Shown here: positions 59,225 through 64,000 of the stretch, one piece after another | How positions within the stretch are numbered: the stretch's first letter is position 1 | Layout: each line of letters opens with the position of its first letter | Virus record (IMG/VR): IMGVR_UViG_3300044630_004720 | From: a virus | Taxonomy: Duplodnaviria; Caudoviricetes | Strand: one strand, 5' to 3' | Length of the DNA stretch: 64,000 nucleotides | Notes under the pieces: generated by a model | Told to the model about the DNA's origin: nothing | Databases searched by the model: none | Seen by the model: only the letters and a program-made list of their open reading frames with translations | Translations under genes and position numbers: made by a program

Positions 59225-59422
59225 TTAAAATTTTGAACCACTCGACGCTAAACCGTTATGGTTATTAATCTTTTCCCTAAAGTTTTCGTCTTTGTTATAT
59301 AAGTCCAATGACCTATTAACTAATTTTTGTAAATTGATTGAACCTTCGATTGATTTCACTTTAAATTTCTTGTAAACATCATCGAGAATGTTTACACTTG
59401 TGAGTTTTACTTCCGCTTTCAT
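59225..59422 (-). CDS. Small protein, possible ribbon-helix-helix DNA-binding fold
   Basis: Alternating N-terminal strand KLTSVNI followed by two helices (DDVYKKFKVKS; LQKLVNRSLDLY). Confidence 0.4.
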   Translation of the reverse strand: MKAEVKLTSVNILDDVYKKFKVKSIEGSINLQKLVNRSLDLYNKDENFREKINNHNGLASSGSKF

Positions 59423-59462
59423 ATTAGTATATATATTCTTATATATTGATTATGTAATAAAA

Positions 59463-59489
59463 TATCGGACAATTAGTTTTCGTCCGATA
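59463..59489 (-). terminator. Inverted repeat tatcggac-N11-gtccgata (terminator or operator)
   Basis: On the minus strand it follows the 59496 stop and is followed by TTTTATT. Confidence 0.55.
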
Positions 59490-59495
59490 AGTCAA

Positions 59496-59681
59496 TTATT
59501 CTTCTGGATTAGATACGATATCTTTTAATTTATCAGCAATCTCATTAATTAATGTTTGCTGCTCTTCTGTAACAGGTCCAGACTCAGTTACCACCGTTTG
59601 ATTTGAAAAATCTAAATTAACCGCAATTGGCATCGGTGTGTTTTCAGGTTGAGCGTTTCTTTTTTTACATCCACATCCCAT
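59496..59681 (-). CDS. Small protein with N-terminal MGCGCKK motif
   Basis: 61-aa ORF with a TATTTATA element upstream and a hairpin downstream. Confidence 0.65.
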   Translation of the reverse strand: MGCGCKKRNAQPENTPMPIAVNLDFSNQTVVTESGPVTEEQQTLINEIADKLKDIVSNPEE

Positions 59682-59777
59682 AGTGATATTTTTATTTATA
59701 AATATTTTGGTTTATTGTTTTTTAAATGGTATATTTTACTAAAGTGTAACTAAAAAAAAGATAAAAATCAAGAGATA

Positions 59778-60470
59778 ATGAAAATCGGAGTAACTGGATG
59801 TTCACATAGTTCAAAAAACTACGGGGGTAAACCTTGGTGGTATTGGATGGGGGAGGAATATAAGGTTGAAGTAGTTCCAACCTCATCAAGAGGAGGGGCT
59901 AATGAAATCAATATTGAAAAACTAAAGTATATTTTTGATAATTACACAGATATAAGTCACGTCGTTATCCAACTTACTCATCCAGCGAGAATAACAATGG
60001 GGGTAAGTGTTTTAAAAGAGGAAGAAGAGACAGGACCACATTCTCCTACGATGATAAATGGTGCTCAGGTAATAAACTTCACTACGGTAAGAAATGACAA
60101 TTACATAAAGTCAATGTTTTATGAGGACTATACCCCCTCATTAGATTTTATCTACAACCAATCAGTCGCATCTAGATACAACCTTGAATTCAAATTAATT
60201 CATACAATGATGTCAATGGCTTATCTGTGTGAAAAAAACGGAGCAAAACCAATATTTTTCAGTTGGTATGTTGATTTAGAAAAACTTGCTAAAAAAATCA
60301 AATATTTGGATTTGTTAAAAAATATGTGTATAATTAATGGAACGGTGGATGATTTTACGAAAAAAAACAAAGTACCATCATTACCACAAGACTCACATTT
60401 TGGAAATGAATCACAAAAAATCATATTTGAACAATTTATCAACCCACAATTAAAAACATTCTTATCTTAA
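59778..60470 (+). CDS. SGNH/GDSL-like protein (copy 5)
   Basis: VTGCSHS, GGAN, DSHFG. Confidence 0.5.
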   Translation: MKIGVTGCSHSSKNYGGKPWWYWMGEEYKVEVVPTSSRGGANEINIEKLKYIFDNYTDISHVVIQLTHPARITMGVSVLKEEEETGPHSPTMINGAQVINFTTVRNDNYIKSMFYEDYTPSLDFIYNQSVASRYNLEFKLIHTMMSMAYLCEKNGAKPIFFSWYVDLEKLAKKIKYLDLLKNMCIINGTVDDFTKKNKVPSLPQDSHFGNESQKIIFEQFINPQLKTFLS

Positions 60471-60471
60471 A

Positions 60472-61173
60472 ATGGAAAAGGACTTTAAACCGATTAAAAG
60501 TGTTTACAACACGAATGATGATGTTATTAAAAACATTATGAAGCTGTACAATATTGAGCAGTTCGACCTTGATTGTACGTACTCTTCAGGTAATTTTTGG
60601 AAAAACCTAAAGGGGCCTAAAATCAAGACAGATTTGTTTCCTAAAAATGATACAATCATTCAAGCAGATTCCGAAAATTTACCCTTCGAGGACGGTTCAA
60701 TGACAAGTATTATGTACGACCCACCATTCGTAATTGCTGGTAAATCATATAGAGATAATAAAGAGGGTAGTTCCATCATTGCTAAAAGATATGAAGGTTA
60801 TGAAAGTTATGGTCATTTAACTAAAAATTACTATAACACATTAAAAGAATTATATAGAATTACTGAAAAGGGAGGTATTGTGGTTTTTAAATGTCAGGAC
60901 ACAGTGTCGGGAGGAAAGAATCACTTCACACATTGTTTAATTATGAATATGGCTATCAATATTGGATTTTATCCAAGAGATATGTTTGTTCTCCATAACA
61001 ACGTGAGAATCAATAGTTTCGGTACTAAATGGACAAAACAGGAACACGCAAGAAAATACCATTCATACTTTTGGGTATTTGAGAAAGTGAAACCGAGGGT
61101 GAAATATGATTTTACAATTCCGGTGGAGGTAACTATCTCACAGGATTCTGAGGAGTTCCAAGATACATTTTAA
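60472..61173 (+). CDS. Amino-methyltransferase (DNA N6-adenine/N4-cytosine type)
   Basis: DCTYSSGNFW (SAM-binding), MYDPPF catalytic motif, GIVVFKCQD. Confidence 0.75.
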   Translation: MEKDFKPIKSVYNTNDDVIKNIMKLYNIEQFDLDCTYSSGNFWKNLKGPKIKTDLFPKNDTIIQADSENLPFEDGSMTSIMYDPPFVIAGKSYRDNKEGSSIIAKRYEGYESYGHLTKNYYNTLKELYRITEKGGIVVFKCQDTVSGGKNHFTHCLIMNMAINIGFYPRDMFVLHNNVRINSFGTKWTKQEHARKYHSYFWVFEKVKPRVKYDFTIPVEVTISQDSEEFQDTF

Positions 61174-61489
61174 CCTTGTCACCTATTTTCCACCCATTAG
61201 ACGTACCTGATTGAAATTCAATTACGTGGTCGCCAATGCCCGAATATCTTTGGTTACAATCCATATCACAAGGTTGACAATCTCTATGGATATTACTGAT
61301 ACGTCCCTTATTGACAAATACAATATCCAAGGGTATTAAACACTTTTTCATCCAAAATGAATGAGTACCCATACCCATTTTGAATACCATACAACCCTCT
61401 AAACTATCTCTACCCATCATACCTTTCTGAAGGTCATCTGGTTTTTCGAGATACTCGGCGGGAAATGATTTGTTATTGATTATAACCAT
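61133..61489 (-). CDS. DUF192 family protein
   Basis: GMMGR...CMVF...FWMKKCLIPLDIVFV...VIE. Start re-set to MVIINN. Confidence 0.8.
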   Translation of the reverse strand: MVIINNKSFPAEYLEKPDDLQKGMMGRDSLEGCMVFKMGMGTHSFWMKKCLIPLDIVFVNKGRISNIHRDCQPCDMDCNQRYSGIGDHVIEFQSGTSNGWKIGDKVKMYLGTPQNPVR

Positions 61490-61539
61490 ACTACCTATAA
61501 TTATTTGGAATTTACAAAATAATTTACTATTATTGTAAA

Positions 61540-61773
61540 ATGGAAAGTATATTTGGAGGAATCGTAGAATTCCACTCAAAAGAACAATTGAGAGGACTCA
61601 CAGAAGAGTTGACTAAAGGTTTGGCCATCAAAATGATTGAAGCCTCTTTAGAATATTGTAACAAAAATGGAATGTTCTCTTTAGATGAAGCACACATTGT
61701 ATATAAATCATTAGTAAAAATCAAAGAAGATGATGGACTTAACAGCAGAGATGCAGAACTACAACAAGGTTAA
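61540..61773 (+). CDS. Hypothetical protein
   Basis: ORF preceded by TTGGAA-N17-TATTAT. Confidence 0.6.
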   Translation: MESIFGGIVEFHSKEQLRGLTEELTKGLAIKMIEASLEYCNKNGMFSLDEAHIVYKSLVKIKEDDGLNSRDAELQQG

Positions 61774-62023
61774 AGAAATTGTTTTAAGTAAACTTGTTGA
61801 TGAGGGGTTATTAGACAAATCTGACGCAGATGAATTCGGTGAAAGGTGTCAAGTACTCGCATACAAGGGTAAGTGGTTCAGTAAATGGTTTGACAAAAAC
61901 GTTAAAGCAGAAGACCCTAATGCAAAAGAAGATGGATACTATATCCGTATGATTGAACTCAAAGACAGAGAAGATGATGTCGATAAACTTTTAAGAAGAA
62001 CAACCGGTAATTATGACGACTAA
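61730..62023 (+). CDS. Hypothetical protein
   Basis: Co-oriented overlapping ORF. Confidence 0.55.
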   Translation: MMDLTAEMQNYNKVKEIVLSKLVDEGLLDKSDADEFGERCQVLAYKGKWFSKWFDKNVKAEDPNAKEDGYYIRMIELKDREDDVDKLLRRTTGNYDD

Positions 62024-62222
62024 AGAACCCAAATACCTAACTGATTGGTTTTTATATAAGAAGAAACACCATTGGTTTATTATACCAACTATCGTATTTT
62101 TTTATAGAGATGATGTTTTTTTCGAAACAGGAATTACGACTCCCGCAGTAGGTATTTCTTTTAGGTGGTTAATATTTTTTGCGGGGATACAAATCCAACG
62201 AAACGCATATTATGTCAAATAA
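62013..62222 (+). CDS. Small hydrophobic hypothetical protein
   Basis: Aromatic/hydrophobic stretches. Confidence 0.55.
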   Translation: MTTKEPKYLTDWFLYKKKHHWFIIPTIVFFYRDDVFFETGITTPAVGISFRWLIFFAGIQIQRNAYYVK

Positions 62223-62847
62223 ACTTTGGTGTTTTGGAGATAGTTACACCCAAAGGTACAACCCAAATGTTGATTGGTGTAAAAGTTATATTGATTACAA
62301 AGGTTATTTACCAAAAGTTTATTGTGATTTTTTAGGTGAAAAATTAGGAATTGAAAGTGAAAACTTAGGGGTTGGTGGGTACGATAACTATTCTATTTTA
62401 GGAACCTTATGTAATAATGTACATAAGATTAAAGAAAATGATATTGTAATAATCGGTTGGTCGAGTGTAATTAGATTTAGACTTGCATCTAAGGATGGTA
62501 ATTGGGTTAAGTTTGTACCTGGTGCCGTCACTGACTATCACATCACTCATCACACTGATATGTCAAGAAATACGATTGAAGAGATTTTTGTTAACAGAGA
62601 TAATTCAATTTACTACAAAGAAGTTAATGATTGGATTCATTTTATTAATCACACAATGAAGAAAAATAAAATAATTCATTGGACACCGTTTGATGATAAT
62701 GTTGATTTAAATGTACACAAGTTGTTAAAACTTGAAACAATAAAAATGGAGAGTAATAATGTTCTTACGGATAATCACTATGGTGAGAATGCACATAAAA
62801 TTCTCGGCAATATATTTTTTGAATTACTAAAAAATAAATTAATATAA
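62212..62847 (+). CDS. SGNH/GDSL-like protein (copy 6)
   Basis: LWCFGDSYT, NLGVGGYDN, DNHYG. Start re-set to MSNKLW. Confidence 0.6.
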   Translation: MSNKLWCFGDSYTQRYNPNVDWCKSYIDYKGYLPKVYCDFLGEKLGIESENLGVGGYDNYSILGTLCNNVHKIKENDIVIIGWSSVIRFRLASKDGNWVKFVPGAVTDYHITHHTDMSRNTIEEIFVNRDNSIYYKEVNDWIHFINHTMKKNKIIHWTPFDDNVDLNVHKLLKLETIKMESNNVLTDNHYGENAHKILGNIFFELLKNKLI

Positions 62848-63224
62848 TGGAAAATAAAAACGACCAAATCATCAGAGTGGTAATTGGTGTGATTATCATT
62901 ATTATTTTAACCATCATTGCTGTTAGGAAACCGCACGACCTCACACCACCAATATATAATAGTTGTAATGAAGATTCTTTACGTAATGTGATAACTCAAT
63001 TACGAATAGACAATCAAAATGAAGAAGATGGTTGGGACAAAAAAGAGCATAGATATGAAGATGTTTTATTTGAATATGAATTAGGTATATCACATCTTAA
63101 AGATTATCATCCAAAAGCATATCAAGATTTTCATAGAATAATCGGTATGAAAGAAAGATATTCAAATGAACTTGAGAGAGAAAATAAGAAAAGATTACAA
63201 TTAGAAAAGTTTGACTATGAATAA
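62847..63224 (+). CDS. Protein with a single N-terminal transmembrane helix
   Basis: [19 protein letters not shown]. Confidence 0.65.
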   Translation: MENKNDQIIRVVIGVIIIIILTIIAVRKPHDLTPPIYNSCNEDSLRNVITQLRIDNQNEEDGWDKKEHRYEDVLFEYELGISHLKDYHPKAYQDFHRIIGMKERYSNELERENKKRLQLEKFDYE

Positions 63225-64000
63225 TTTAGACGCAAGGTATCAAGCACTACTTGAAGATATTCTTCATTGGGGTGTTGAAAAAAAAGATAGGACAGGGACT
63301 GGTACCATATCAGTGTTCGGTAGACAAATCCGTCACAAGATGAGTGAAGGGTTTCCATTACTAACAACAAAGAAAATGCATTGGAACTCCATCGTAACCG
63401 AACTCCTATGGTTTCTACGAGGAGAAACTAATATCAAATTTCTATTGGATTATGATTGTCACATTTGGGATGGAGACGCATATAAAAGATATATGAATGT
63501 CTACGACATAGAAAGTAGAGAAAGCACATACGCTTTAGAAGAACTTCATATGTTATCTAATTTAACAAAGGAACAATTCACCAACAGAATTAAATCAGAT
63601 GACCAATTCGCAAAGAAATGGGGTGAGTTAGGTCCAATCTATGGTAATCAATGGAGAAAGTGGGGTGAAAGAAAACACGATTCTATATCCAATGAATACT
63701 TTATAGGAATAGACCAAATCCAAAATCTAATCAACGACCTTAAAACAAATCCAGACTCAAGACGACTAATGGTTAATGCTTGGAATGTGGGTGAATTAGA
63801 CCAAATGGTGTTACCACCTTGTCATTACGGATTTCAAGTATACACAAGAGAATTGAGTATAGAAGAAAGACTTGATTTAGGATATAAAACATACAAAGAA
63901 CTATTTGAACCTTTTGATTTTTATAAAGTTGACCACGAAGAAATAGATGAGTTATATCCTGTACCTAGACGAGCAATATCATTAATGTGGAATCAAAGAA
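63217..64000 (+). CDS. thyA: Thymidylate synthase, 3'-truncated (not in ORF track)
   Basis: MNNLDARY...[56 protein letters not shown]. Confidence 0.95.
   Translation, partial: MNNLDARYQALLEDILHWGVEKKDRTGTGTISVFGRQIRHKMSEGFPLLTTKKMHWNSIVTELLWFLRGETNIKFLLDYDCHIWDGDAYKRYMNVYDIESRESTYALEELHMLSNLTKEQFTNRIKSDDQFAKKWGELGPIYGNQWRKWGERKHDSISNEYFIGIDQIQNLINDLKTNPDSRRLMVNAWNVGELDQMVLPPCHYGFQVYTRELSIEERLDLGYKTYKELFEPFDFYKVDHEEIDELYPVPRRAISLMWNQR

Noticed and set aside
9634-62211. Several ORF-track start extensions (9634, 10899, 27101, 28251, 29221, 33320, 39093, 49614, 55717, 59241, 61579, 62179)
   Set aside because: Downstream ATGs give tight coupling to the preceding stop and start at the recognisable domain boundary, so starts were re-set.
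1-64000. CRISPR array, tRNA/rRNA genes, integrase/transposase
   Set aside because: The repeats found are in-frame coding repeats without unique spacers. Intergenic gaps are too short, and I recognised no tRNA cloverleaf, rRNA or recombinase motif.
1-64000. Diversity-generating retroelement or shufflon acting on the fibre/LamG genes
   Set aside because: No reverse transcriptase, no template/variable repeat pair differing at adenines, and no invertase or inverted crossover sites were seen in this window.
1-64000. Stop-codon reassignment (as in some large phages)
   Set aside because: Long genes are intact in code 11, and TAA, TGA and TAG all terminate genes at sensible, overlap-coupled positions.
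1-64000. Eukaryotic giant virus (NCLDV) origin suggested by GT7, SET, P4H and sulfotransferase genes
   Set aside because: Operon-like ATGA overlaps, sigma70-type promoters, intrinsic terminators, a bacterial-type thyA and phage-type fibre modules favour a bacteriophage. Not formally excluded without hallmark genes.

Overview
AT-rich, densely packed, intron-free coding DNA with many ATGA/TAATG-type gene overlaps, TTGAxx-N17-TATAAT/TATATT promoters and no obvious Shine-Dalgarno sites. It reads best as a segment of a large (jumbo-class) tailed dsDNA phage, but this is an inference: no terminase, capsid or portal gene lies in the window. Layout: (1) 1-10149, a 5'-truncated Ser/Thr-rich fibre-like giant protein plus LamG/lectin and Gly-rich head proteins. 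(2) 10177-44026, a ~34 kb glycan/peptide-modification island: GT2-like, two GT7-LamG hybrids, four GT10-like paralogues, two radical SAM enzymes, five Fe/2OG dioxygenase domains, an oppositely oriented nucleotide-sugar cassette with split TPP-dependent E1 alpha/beta subunits, a carbamoyltransferase, APS kinase with a putative minimal adenylyltransferase, two sulfotransferase-like proteins, a SET protein and SGNH-like proteins. (3) 44082-51618, a second paralogous fibre locus. (4) 52119-59220, a minus-strand GT2/GT4/epimerase block. (5) Small genes, an amino-methyltransferase, DUF192 and a 3'-truncated thyA. Standout candidates: a circularly permuted ATP-grasp-like ligase fused to a Hint (intein-like) domain that keeps the C-terminal His-Asn and is followed by a 30-aa six-Cys peptide (36609-38060), and the overall picture of a virus-encoded machinery for building branched, sulfated, carbamoylated and acylated glycans next to Ser/Thr-rich virion fibres. 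All family assignments come from motif recognition by eye; no database search was run.
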